A stretch of 64,000 nucleotides of DNA. It comes from Candidatus Limnocylindrales bacterium (GTDB taxonomy: Bacteria; Moduliflexota; Moduliflexia; Moduliflexales; JAUQPW01). The stretch lies in contig DATMBG010000025.1 of assembly GCA_035559535.1 (NCBI GenBank), positions 1 to 64,000 on the forward strand, written 5' to 3'. Below, in pieces: positions 39,820-48,779 of this stretch; the stretch's first letter is position 1, and every line of letters starts with the position of its first letter. The translations under genes were made by a program, and so were the position numbers. The notes beneath the pieces are model-generated. The model worked only from the letters and a program-made list of their open reading frames with translations. It did no database searches and was not told the DNA's origin.

Positions 39820-40806
39820 CTACAACCCTGAAGCCTGTAAGGCCGCATAACGGGCTGCACCCCATAGGGCCGTCTTATCGTTCAGAATAACCCGTACCGG
39901 AATGGCTTCGAGCAGGGGACTGAGTCGGCCTTTTGCAGTAAATGCCTTCCTGAACAGAGGGCCTTTTAACTTCGATAGGATCTTGGGTGCAATCCCACCT
40001 CCGAGAAAGATACCGGCGGTTGCCATGATTTTCAGGGCGAGGTTACCGGCTTCTGCCCCATAAATGGTTACAAAGAGATCCAAGGCCTGGATGCATAATC
40101 GGCATTTACCGGTCAGGGCAGCCTGTGAGATAACGGTAGAAGGATCCTGCTGGCGCATGGCCTCGGCAATCCAGGCAATTTCTTGACCACGTCCCGTATC
40201 CCGCAAGAATTGGTAAATATTGTACAGGCCGGGCCCTGAGAGGACCCGTTCATAACTGACATGCTCAAATTTTGTCAGCAGATAACGCAGGAGTTCTATT
40301 TCCAGATCATTTTGAGGTGCGAAATCGGTATGACCTCCTTCACAGGCAAAGGGGCGATGTTGTTTGCCATCCCAGTACAATCCGGCTTCACCGAGTCCGG
40401 TTCCGGCAGAGATAACGGCAGCGTTTCCTGTGGCTTCTGGAACCCCTGGGTTGAGAACGACAAAATCCTGGGGCTTAAGGACGGCGATACCATAGGCATG
40501 GGCTTCTAAATCATTGATAAGGTTTACGGTCTCCAAACCCAATGCATGGGCCAGATCCTCGGCTTCCACCACCCAGGCCAGATTTGGGGTTTCTACACGC
40601 CCCTGCCGAACAGGCCCTGCAATGCCAAAGCAGGCCAGGTCAATGGGGAGTTTATGGTCGGAGATAAACGTGGTTACAATTTCGGTAAGACCTGCATATT
40701 CCGGACTGGGATACGTTTTTTCTAGGACCATCTCCAGGCGTCTGTTTCTGACCTTGAAGAAAGCCAGCCGTGTGGAAGTCCCTCCAATATCCCCTGCAAG
40801 AATCAT
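39820..40806 (-). CDS. glk: glucokinase
   Basis: ILAGDIGGT, LINDLEA, GTGLGEA, EGGH, ERVLSGPGL, GGIAPKI (ORF track start 40854). Confidence 0.95.
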   Translation of the reverse strand: MILAGDIGGTSTRLAFFKVRNRRLEMVLEKTYPSPEYAGLTEIVTTFISDHKLPIDLACFGIAGPVRQGRVETPNLAWVVEAEDLAHALGLETVNLINDLEAHAYGIAVLKPQDFVVLNPGVPEATGNAAVISAGTGLGEAGLYWDGKQHRPFACEGGHTDFAPQNDLEIELLRYLLTKFEHVSYERVLSGPGLYNIYQFLRDTGRGQEIAWIAEAMRQQDPSTVISQAALTGKCRLCIQALDLFVTIYGAEAGNLALKIMATAGIFLGGGIAPKILSKLKGPLFRKAFTAKGRLSPLLEAIPVRVILNDKTALWGAARYAALQASGL

Positions 40807-40813
40807 AATTTCC

Positions 40814-41278
40814 TCAAGATTTTGCCTGATCGGCGTAACGCTTTTCCAAGGCACTTACCTTAGCCAATCGCCGGCAATGCCGTTCCTCTCCACTAAAACT
40901 GGCTTTTACATAGGCACAGACTAACTCCCGGGCCATCTCTACCCCGATCACCCGCGCACCCAGCACCAATACATTCATATTATCGTGTTCCACGCCCTGA
41001 TGAGCCGAGTAGGTATCATGACAAAGACCTGCACGAATACCGGGAATCTTGTTGGCTGCCACCGATGCCCCTACACCGCTACCACAAATTACAATACCAC
41101 GATCTGCCTGGCCTTCGAGGAGGGCACGTCCAACCGCCTCGGCATAGTCTGGATAATCAACGGGATCTGAGCTATAAGTTCCTAGATCGATCACCTGATA
41201 GCTCAATTGAGTCAGAAAAGCTTTTATATTCTCTTTTAGTTCGAACCCTGCATGATCAGCACCTATGGCAATTCGCAT
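40814..41278 (-). CDS. rpiB: ribose 5-phosphate isomerase B
   Basis: [34 protein letters not shown]. Confidence 0.96.
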   Translation of the reverse strand: MRIAIGADHAGFELKENIKAFLTQLSYQVIDLGTYSSDPVDYPDYAEAVGRALLEGQADRGIVICGSGVGASVAANKIPGIRAGLCHDTYSAHQGVEHDNMNVLVLGARVIGVEMARELVCAYVKASFSGEERHCRRLAKVSALEKRYADQAKS

Positions 41279-41450
41279 AGATGTCCTTCATTCCTTCTTC
41301 AAAAGGTTAATATCTCCTCCACGGAGATTCCTTGGGTTGCGATTTTTATCCTCTTTCTGAGGATAATATAGTGACGAATCCAGTCAAGTGAAAAGTGCCA
41401 AGACATTTCTGCCGGATTTCTTCCAAACTTAAAAAATTTTATGAAAATAA

Positions 41451-41480
41451 CTTGATAAAGATAGACTCAAGTTTTATATT
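41451..41480 (+). promoter_or_regulatory. sigma-70 promoter overlapped by a HAIR-like (HspR) operator
   Basis: CTTGAta-N7-ACTCAAG (41451-41471) within TTGATA-17 nt-TATATT. Confidence 0.6.
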
Positions 41481-41542
41481 ACTAGTAGAATCGAGTTTGA
41501 AAGAATAAAAAACTTACCTTTTAAGTGAAGGAGGTAGTAAAG

Positions 41543-42034
41543 ATGGCAATTCAAAGATGGCGTCCATTTTCCGCTTTAGAATCTTGGGGTTCTTTAGAAA
41601 GAGGTTGGGATCCCTTTCGATGGCTTTCTAATGTACAGCGTGAAATGAACCGAATATTTGAGGAAGCTTTTGGAGATACCGGGTTAGAATCCCTTAGCAC
41701 CCGGGAATGGAGTCCTGCCGTAGAAGTATACGAAACGAAGGATGAGCTGGTCGTCAGAGCGGAACTTCCTGGAATGAAGCAGTCAGATATTGACGTATCG
41801 GTAAGTGATGGCAACCTCATCATTCGCGGAGAACGTAAACGGGAAAGTGAGATAAAAGAAGAGAATTACTACCGAAGCGAATGGACCTATGGAGCCTTCA
41901 GACGATCCATTCCACTTCCGGCAGGGACGGATCCCAATAAGATCAAAGCGACTTATCAGAATGGGGTTTTGGAGGTAAAGTTGCCAAAGCCCGAAGAAGC
42001 CAAACCCAAGCAAATCAAAATCAACGTCCAGTAA
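41543..42034 (+). CDS. Hsp20/alpha-crystallin small heat shock protein
   Basis: PAVEVYE, AELPG, GER, YGAFRRSIPLP, ATYQNGVLEV; start at aggaggt RBS (ORF track start 41525). Confidence 0.95.
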   Translation: MAIQRWRPFSALESWGSLERGWDPFRWLSNVQREMNRIFEEAFGDTGLESLSTREWSPAVEVYETKDELVVRAELPGMKQSDIDVSVSDGNLIIRGERKRESEIKEENYYRSEWTYGAFRRSIPLPAGTDPNKIKATYQNGVLEVKLPKPEEAKPKQIKINVQ

Positions 42035-42037
42035 ACC

Positions 42038-42068
42038 AAAAGCCCCGCTTCCAGCGGGGTTTTTATTT
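42038..42068 (+). terminator. intrinsic terminator after hsp20
   Basis: aaagccccgct-tcc-agcggggttttt. Confidence 0.8.
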
Positions 42069-42149
42069 GCATACGCCCTAAAAGTCTCTGGAACTTTTTA
42101 ACAGAGAACCACTCTAATTTTACAAAATCCTCTGATTAAACATAACCTG

Positions 42150-42266
42150 TACCAGTTTCTTGTGAAAGGATACCTAAACGATCTGGTTCTTTCCTCGTTT
42201 ATCCTGAACTGTCAAGGGCGAACGGACTACGACAGCTTTATGAAACCTTTCCCTATGAAATTGGTA
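42150..42266. mobile_element. MITE-like element with TACCA termini
   Basis: Imperfect TIR taccagtttcttgtgaaagg / cctttccctatgaaattggta, with an internal palindrome remnant. Confidence 0.5.
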
Positions 42267-42278
42267 TTACATCTCTTT

Positions 42279-42412
42279 GTTGTATAACAGAGTCTTCAAG
42301 GATCTCTCTGGTACAATTCTGAACGATGGCAATGAACCTTAAAAGGATAAGATTCCTTGCTATCGTTCAGAAGTACAGGATGAGAAGCTTACGGGTAACT
42401 CTGTTATACAAC
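42279..42412. repeat. inverted-repeat element with perfect 15-bp ends
   Basis: gttgtataacagagt / actctgttatacaac; inner ttctgaacgatggcaa / ttgctatcgttcagaa. Confidence 0.65.
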
Positions 42413-42452
42413 CTGCTGGGTTTTTTACCTTTTTAAAAGGAGGCTATAGACC

Positions 42453-43892
42453 ATGTTTAAATCAAAAGCCACCTGGGTAGTCCTAGGACTCATTTTATTA
42501 TTTCTGGTGGGGATTCTGGATGTAAAGGTAAAGCCATCCTTACCCTCTTTTGCCGATGAAAGGCAAATCCAGGATCTCCAGAAAATGAGTTTTTCTTTTA
42601 GAACGGTAGCCAAGAAGGTTACCCCAACGGTTGTTAATATCAGTGTTGTTCAAACTATCAGACCCTCTCAGTTTGGATTTCGTAACGATCCCTTCCGGGA
42701 TTTCTTCGGAGATGACTTTTTTGAACGGTTCTTTGGGATTCCCAGAGAATTTAAAAATCGAGGTCTGGGTTCCGGGGTCATTGTCAGCGAGAAGGGATAT
42801 ATTCTGACCAATAATCACGTAGTCGGCAAGGCTGACGAGATTAAAGTAACCTTAGCCGACAAGCGAGAATTCACGGCCAAGGTCGTTGGGACCGATCCTA
42901 AATCCGATGTAGCCGTCATCCAAATTAAGGCCAGAGACCTTCCAGTGGCCAGACTGGGAAACTCCGATGATATCGAGGTGGGAGATTGGGTCGTTGCCAT
43001 TGGTAATCCTTTTGGATTGAATCAGACGGTAACTGTTGGAGTCATCAGCGCTAAGGGTCGGGCGAACATGGGTATTGCCGATTATGAAGATTTTATCCAG
43101 ACAGATGCCGCCATCAACCCCGGAAACAGTGGAGGTCCCCTGGTAAACCTGGATGGGGAGGTTATCGGTATCAATACCGCTATTTTCAGTCGAAGTGGAG
43201 GTTATCAGGGAATCGGTTTTGCGATCCCCATTAATATGGCCAAGAGCATCATGCAAAGTCTGATCGAAAATGGTAAAATTGTCCGGGGCTGGCTGGGAGT
43301 CCAGATTCAACCCGTTACCGAAGATGTGGCCAGGAGTTTCGGTTTAAGTAAAGCAGAAGGAGTTCTGGTCGGGGATGTAACCAAAGGAAGTCCGGCAGAA
43401 AGAGCCGGTTTTAAACGAGGAGATATCATCATCCGGTATGGGAATCGAGATGTCAACGATCCCAATCAACTCCGGAACATGGTAGCCTCAACTCCCGTTG
43501 GAGAGAAAGTCCCCATTGAAATCATTCGGGATGGTCATCACCAGACATTAACCGTGGAGATCGCCGAACTTCCTGCAGAGATAGCTTCGGCCGGGACTCC
43601 AGGAAAAGAAGTCTCCGAACTTGGAATCCAGGTACAGAACTTAACGCCAGACCTGGCTTCCAGACTGGGTTATGAAGGAGATCATGGCGTGGTGGTAGTT
43701 GAGGTAGAACCCGGTAGCCTGGCCGATGAATCCGGAATTCAACGAGGAGATCTCATTAAAGAGGTTAACCGTCAAGAAGTCAGAAACCTCAGCGATTATA
43801 ACCGGGCCATAGCCAAAGCAGGCAAAAGCGATCAAATTCTGTTTTTGATTCGTCGAGGGGACAGCACCTTCTATCTGATCCTGAAGCGCTAA
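42453..43892 (+). CDS. degP: DegP/DegQ periplasmic serine endoprotease with two PDZ domains
   Basis: Signal peptide, GSGVI, TNNHVV, IQTDAAINPGNSGG, two PDZ domains. Confidence 0.93.
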   Translation: MFKSKATWVVLGLILLFLVGILDVKVKPSLPSFADERQIQDLQKMSFSFRTVAKKVTPTVVNISVVQTIRPSQFGFRNDPFRDFFGDDFFERFFGIPREFKNRGLGSGVIVSEKGYILTNNHVVGKADEIKVTLADKREFTAKVVGTDPKSDVAVIQIKARDLPVARLGNSDDIEVGDWVVAIGNPFGLNQTVTVGVISAKGRANMGIADYEDFIQTDAAINPGNSGGPLVNLDGEVIGINTAIFSRSGGYQGIGFAIPINMAKSIMQSLIENGKIVRGWLGVQIQPVTEDVARSFGLSKAEGVLVGDVTKGSPAERAGFKRGDIIIRYGNRDVNDPNQLRNMVASTPVGEKVPIEIIRDGHHQTLTVEIAELPAEIASAGTPGKEVSELGIQVQNLTPDLASRLGYEGDHGVVVVEVEPGSLADESGIQRGDLIKEVNRQEVRNLSDYNRAIAKAGKSDQILFLIRRGDSTFYLILKR

Positions 43893-44230
43893 CTAAACCC
43901 CCTTCCTCAGAGTATGGGGATATTATCCCCATACTCCCTTGTCCCCCTATCTCTACTTTACACCCCATTTCAATACCGACCAGGTAGTAGCTCGTCCAGC
44001 AGTTTTTGCTTGACCATTGGACCTTCTTTTGCTATTCTATTTATAACTCTTCATTAACCGGAAATGATCCTTAGAATCATCCTTAAACAGGACAGCTACA
44101 GGAGGTCGTCCCTACAGTTTAAGGGGTGTTTCAAAGGAGAGAGGATAGGGAAGGGACTAAGAATCACCTTTTTACGACGATGGAATGGTCAAGAATCCGG
44201 TTTGTTGATAAAGAAGGACGGGAGGTAGAG

Positions 44231-44668
44231 GTGAAGATCCGGGCGAGTCCGCCCGAATCAGCGGTAAAACACCTGCTATTGGAGGCAGAGTTACCGACCC
44301 TGGATATTACGCCTGAAAAGCTGAAAACCTTCTTTGCCTGTGAGGTGGATGGTAAGGTTGAAGGGGTTGTCGGTCTCGAATTAGAGGGCCCGGTCGGTTT
44401 ACTTCGATCACTGGTTGTTTCCCCGCGAAATCGGTCGAGGGGACTGGGTTCAGCTCTTGTAACCTACGCTGAAGAGGTTGCACGGGTTAGGGGTGTCACT
44501 TGGCTGTATCTCCTGACCACCACGGCGGAACGCTTCTTTAAACGGTTGGGTTATAAGGTAATCCCGAGGGAAATGGCCCCTCCAGAGATTCAACGTACCT
44601 CGGAGTTTTCGACCCTCTGCCCGGCCAGTTCAGTGCTCATGGTGAAGCCGTTGTCTGAGGTTGTTTAG
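44231..44668 (+). CDS. GNAT N-acetyltransferase (ArsN2-like)
   Basis: GLLRSLVV, RGLG, YLLTTTAERFF, SEFSTLCPASS; GTG start after ggagg (ORF track start 44126). Confidence 0.85.
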   Translation: MKIRASPPESAVKHLLLEAELPTLDITPEKLKTFFACEVDGKVEGVVGLELEGPVGLLRSLVVSPRNRSRGLGSALVTYAEEVARVRGVTWLYLLTTTAERFFKRLGYKVIPREMAPPEIQRTSEFSTLCPASSVLMVKPLSEVV

Positions 44669-44706
44669 CTTTACCGTCGGTCGGGTACCCGCAAAGGGGT
44701 GCAAGG

Positions 44707-45111
44707 ATGAGGAACAGAAACCGTGACTTAATTCGACGGTTCTACGAGGAGTTATGGAATAGCTTCAATAAGCGCAAGATTCCTGAGTTACTTACAGATA
44801 ATATCAAGTTTCGAGGCTCCCTCGGTGAGGAGAAGTTCGGCCACTCCGGATTTGCAGAGTACCTGGATAAAATACAGGCGGCCTTCCCTGATTTTACCAA
44901 CCACGTGGAAGAGATCATTTCGGAAGACGATGGGGCTTTTGCCAGGCTTACCTACCTGGGTACGATCTTGGGTATTCCCCCGACGGGATATCGCGTGGAA
45001 TATGCCGGTGCGGCAGTCTTCCACTTTTATGGCGAAAAAATAGCAGAAGTATGGGTCCTGGGGGACATCCATGGGCTACTTCAACAACTTCGAGGATTGG
45101 GTTATGTTTGA
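44707..45111 (+). CDS. SnoaL-like ester cyclase / NTF2 family protein
   Basis: RRFYEELWN, AFPD, GIPPTG, GEKIAEVWVLGD. Confidence 0.85.
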   Translation: MRNRNRDLIRRFYEELWNSFNKRKIPELLTDNIKFRGSLGEEKFGHSGFAEYLDKIQAAFPDFTNHVEEIISEDDGAFARLTYLGTILGIPPTGYRVEYAGAAVFHFYGEKIAEVWVLGDIHGLLQQLRGLGYV

Positions 45112-45196
45112 GAAAGCAGGCGAGGCGCCTGTGTACCTGCCCGACTAACTTGTTTCCTTGACATACCTTGTAAAAGGACCAATATTAATGGAGTAG

Positions 45197-45589
45197 ATGG
45201 AACTGGATCTATTAGAGTATGTGCTTTATAGTAGCTTAAGCTTATTATTTACCTGGTTGCTTTTCCGAAGAGGACCCAGACTTAGAAGTTCAAACGTGAA
45301 ATTTATCTATTGGACCCCGGTTGTAAGGCGAATTGTTATCCTGGTAGTGGGTTGGTTTTTTTTGATTTTGGGAGTAGTAGGGTTATTTCTTCCTATACTG
45401 CAAGGTTTTCTATTCCTGGCCATTGGGTTAGCGATTCTTTCTAAGGAAAGCGAAACGGCTAACCGAATTCTAAAATGGCTGAAAAGAAAATATCCCCAAC
45501 CTTACGCCCGATTTACGCTTCTTAAAAGAAAGATTCTTAAAAGATTCTCCAGGAATTCAATTTCCCATGACCGAGAGCAAGATAACTAA
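45197..45589 (+). CDS. small membrane protein (PGPGW/DUF454-like)
   Basis: GWFFLILGVVGLFLPILQGFLFLAIGLAILSKE. Confidence 0.7.
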   Translation: MELDLLEYVLYSSLSLLFTWLLFRRGPRLRSSNVKFIYWTPVVRRIVILVVGWFFLILGVVGLFLPILQGFLFLAIGLAILSKESETANRILKWLKRKYPQPYARFTLLKRKILKRFSRNSISHDREQDN

Positions 45590-47480
45590 ATCGGATAATT
45601 TATTCCGGAAGCTTCAACATCTGCCGGATGATCCCGGGGTTTATTTAATGAAGGACGTAGAAGGGCGGATCATCTATGTAGGAAAGGCGAGGTCTTTAAA
45701 AAATCGAGTACGTTCCTATTTTCAAGAATCCCGTTCCCTCTCTCCGAAAATCGATACCCTGGTCTCTCAAATTGCAGACCTGGAGTATATTGTCACAGAC
45801 TCTGAATTGGAAGCTCTCATTCTGGAAGGGACCCTCATCAAGAAACACAAGCCCAAATTTAATGTGGTTCTCAAAGATGACAAGAATTTTCCCTACCTCA
45901 AATTAACTCTGCAGGAGGAGTTTCCTCGAGTTATTGCAGTTCGGAAAATCAAAAAAGATGGAGCCCTTTACTTTGGCCCTTATATTCCCTCCAATGCCCT
46001 GTGGAAGACCTTGAAACTTATCCATAAAATCTTTCCCATCCGCCAATGTACCTATACTATCAGTTTCAATTGCATGGAACGGCCCTGCCTGGACTATCAG
46101 ATTGGGCAATGTATCGGACCTTGTGCGGCCATGTGTACGAAAGAAGAATACGATAGACTGGTTCAAGAGGTTCGGCTCTTTTTGGAAGGTAAGAAAGAAG
46201 ATCTGGTTAAAAGTCTTCAGGCCAAGATGGAAGAGAAAGCCGCCAACCTGGAATTTGAACAGGCTGCTAAAATTCGGGATCAGATCACGGCTATCCAAAG
46301 GGTCATGGAACGTCAGAAGGTCATTTCCATGGGATTTGAAAATCAAGATATCCTGGCCTATGCCGTACAGGGAGATCTGGTGAACGTTCAGATGTTTTTC
46401 ATCCGAAACGGGGTAATGGTCGGGCGAAGCGACTTTAACTTAACCCGCTCCGACGAGCTTGAAAAGGCAGAGATATTAACCTCTTTCATCAAGCAGTTTT
46501 ATGCCCGGGAGGTATTCATTCCTGAGGAAATCGTTCTCCCCGAGCCGATTGGTGAGGAGGAAATTCTTTCCGAGTGGTTATCGCGTCGTAAAGGAAAAAA
46601 AGTTAACTTGATAGTCCCTCAACGGGGAAAAAAGAAACGACTTGTCGACATGGCCTTTAAAAATGCGGAACTTGCCCTGAGGGAAGAAATCGAAATCGGA
46701 TCCGGAGAAGGTCCCGAGGTTTTAGAGCAACTCCAGAAAAGCCTGGGTCTCAGGAATCTTCCTGTCCGCATTGAGGCCTTTGATATGTCCAACATTCAGG
46801 GGGGCTATGCCGTAGGGTCCATGGTGGTGTGGAAAGATGGAAAAGCTGCCAGATCGGAATACAAAAAGTTTAAAATTAAATATACCCCCGGACCGGATGA
46901 TTTTGGAATGATGCGGGAAGTGCTCCGAAGGAGGTATAGTCGGGTTTTAAAGGAGGGTCTTGAACTCCCGGATCTTATTGTCATCGATGGAGGAAAAGGT
47001 CAATTGAGTGCCGCTTTGGAAGTTTTAGAAGAACTTCGTGTACGCCATCCCGACGTAATCGGTCTTGCTAAGGCCAAAGGTGTCAAATATTCTGAAACAG
47101 ATAAGGAAAAAATCTTTCTAAAGCCTGAAGGGGATCCTTTGATTCTGCCCAGGGAATCCAAAGAATTACAGCTTCTTCAAAGAATTCGAGATGAAGCCCA
47201 TCGGTTTGCAGTAACGTATCATAGAACGGTGCGGAAAAAGGCAACACTCCATTCGATTCTGGATGAGATTCCAGGAGTAGGACCTCAGAGGAAGAAAGCC
47301 CTTCTGAAGCATTTTGGAAATATTCAAAAGATTCGAGAAGCTTCTGTAGAGGAACTTCTGAAAGTACCTCTCATCAACAGAAAACTGGCCGAAACCATCT
47401 GGCAGTTCCTTACTTCTACCCCAACCCTCCCCATGGATAGGATAAGAGGGTCCATCCCTCTACCTATAGAGGGAAGATAG
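45567..47480 (+). CDS. uvrC: excinuclease ABC subunit C
   Basis: GIY-YIG (PGVYLM..IYVGKA), LEFEQAAKIRD, RIEAFDMS, IDGGKGQL, RDEAHRFA, HhH (IPGVG). Confidence 0.98.
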   Translation: MTESKITKSDNLFRKLQHLPDDPGVYLMKDVEGRIIYVGKARSLKNRVRSYFQESRSLSPKIDTLVSQIADLEYIVTDSELEALILEGTLIKKHKPKFNVVLKDDKNFPYLKLTLQEEFPRVIAVRKIKKDGALYFGPYIPSNALWKTLKLIHKIFPIRQCTYTISFNCMERPCLDYQIGQCIGPCAAMCTKEEYDRLVQEVRLFLEGKKEDLVKSLQAKMEEKAANLEFEQAAKIRDQITAIQRVMERQKVISMGFENQDILAYAVQGDLVNVQMFFIRNGVMVGRSDFNLTRSDELEKAEILTSFIKQFYAREVFIPEEIVLPEPIGEEEILSEWLSRRKGKKVNLIVPQRGKKKRLVDMAFKNAELALREEIEIGSGEGPEVLEQLQKSLGLRNLPVRIEAFDMSNIQGGYAVGSMVVWKDGKAARSEYKKFKIKYTPGPDDFGMMREVLRRRYSRVLKEGLELPDLIVIDGGKGQLSAALEVLEELRVRHPDVIGLAKAKGVKYSETDKEKIFLKPEGDPLILPRESKELQLLQRIRDEAHRFAVTYHRTVRKKATLHSILDEIPGVGPQRKKALLKHFGNIQKIREASVEELLKVPLINRKLAETIWQFLTSTPTLPMDRIRGSIPLPIEGR

Positions 47481-47490
47481 GAGGTCTACC

Positions 47491-47820
47491 TTGTTGCCTT
47501 ATGATAGAAGGAAACAGAATGATTTAAGGAAAAAGGTTGAGATTAAAAGGGACGATATTGAAGTAGATTTACAGGTTATCGATGGAAACATAAGACAACT
47601 CATCAAATTGTACGAGGATTTCTTTGCCCGTAAAATCTACAAAGAACCGAAAGAGCTGAGAACCCAAACCGAGTTTTTGATCCAAAAATGGAAATCTAAA
47701 GTCATTCCCAGGACCCTGCATCGTTTTAAGTTTGAGAATCTTACCCAGAAATATTCTATCTTTAAAGAAAAATGGGATCGACAGATGAGGATCCGGGAAA
47801 AAGAAGAGCGGGAGTTGTGA
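47491..47820 (+). CDS. hypothetical protein resembling the MXAN_5187 C-terminal-associated helical domain
   Basis: LYEDFF..EP..RFKFENL..KWDR pattern recalled from that family; not verified. Confidence 0.55.
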   Translation: MLPYDRRKQNDLRKKVEIKRDDIEVDLQVIDGNIRQLIKLYEDFFARKIYKEPKELRTQTEFLIQKWKSKVIPRTLHRFKFENLTQKYSIFKEKWDRQMRIREKEEREL

Positions 47821-47868
47821 ATTGTGGCCAGGAACCTGCTTCCACGAGCCTCTAGACCCCTACACTTC

Positions 47869-48693
47869 TTATTGTTCACTCCCCTTTACAATCAGTGGAT
47901 TCCTGGCTAAAACAGAAAACCTTTCCTGGAGTTCCTTTTTTAAGCGCTCGGCTTCCATTCGATCTTTCAGATTTCCAACCCGAACTCGATACCAAATCCC
48001 CTGGGGTCCCAGATTAACGGAGATAAGGGTTGCATCATAGCCTTTTTCTCGAAGTTGGTTTCGGAGTAATTCAGATTCTTCCCGATTTTGGCTGGAAGCA
48101 ACCTGAACGGTATAAATTGCAGATTCAGACTCAAAATTATTTTTCACAGGTCCTTCCGGCTTTTTAGAAGGTACTTCCGGTAAATTGTCCGTTCTCCGAG
48201 GTTCCAATCCGGCTTCTGTACCGGACCCTTCTTTGGAAACCTCTTCCTTTTTCGAGTCCTCGGTTGTTTGGCCTGAGTTCAATTCTTTAGAATCTGATTT
48301 GACAACCGACATCCCGGGGCTAGCTTCTGACTGTTTGATACTCTGATCTTTAGGCTGTTCGGCATCTTGGAGGACGGTATAGTAACTCAACTTTAAATCC
48401 CGTTTAGGTTCTCCCGGTTGTGAAGAAGAAGCATGCTTGGACTCCTCCTCCTTTAGTTTTCCTTGAGCTTGCTGGGTTGAAGAAGGATTATCCAATGAGG
48501 ATGATGGGGATAAGGTAATGGGAGGGTTCTCTTCCAGTTTGGTCATCTCTTGAGCTTGATTTCCCTTACCGATTAAAATACCTAACCAAAGAACCAAAAA
48601 GATTAAAAGGGTCGAACAGATTCCTAAAGCGATAAGCTCTTTATCATCAAAATGAAATTCTCTCTTGCCTCTAATCTTGTTAAGATTTTTCAT
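47869..48693 (-). CDS. SPOR-domain cell division protein (FtsN-like)
   Basis: Single TM, LSYY motif, low-complexity linker, C-terminal YTVQVAS..WYRVRVG; follows argS. Confidence 0.88.
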   Translation of the reverse strand: MKNLNKIRGKREFHFDDKELIALGICSTLLIFLVLWLGILIGKGNQAQEMTKLEENPPITLSPSSSLDNPSSTQQAQGKLKEEESKHASSSQPGEPKRDLKLSYYTVLQDAEQPKDQSIKQSEASPGMSVVKSDSKELNSGQTTEDSKKEEVSKEGSGTEAGLEPRRTDNLPEVPSKKPEGPVKNNFESESAIYTVQVASSQNREESELLRNQLREKGYDATLISVNLGPQGIWYRVRVGNLKDRMEAERLKKELQERFSVLARNPLIVKGSEQ

Positions 48694-48701
48694 ACCTAAC
48701 A

Positions 48702-48779
48702 GATCCAGGAGCCAGAAGTCAGCAGCCAGAATTTTTGGATTCTGGTTCCTGACCTTTGACTCCTGACTTCTGGATTTTG
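48702..48779. repeat. heptamer-repeat hairpin (same unit as 39615-39816)
   Basis: atccaggagccagaagtcagcagccagaa paired with ttctggttcctgacctttgactcctgacttctggat. Confidence 0.7.
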
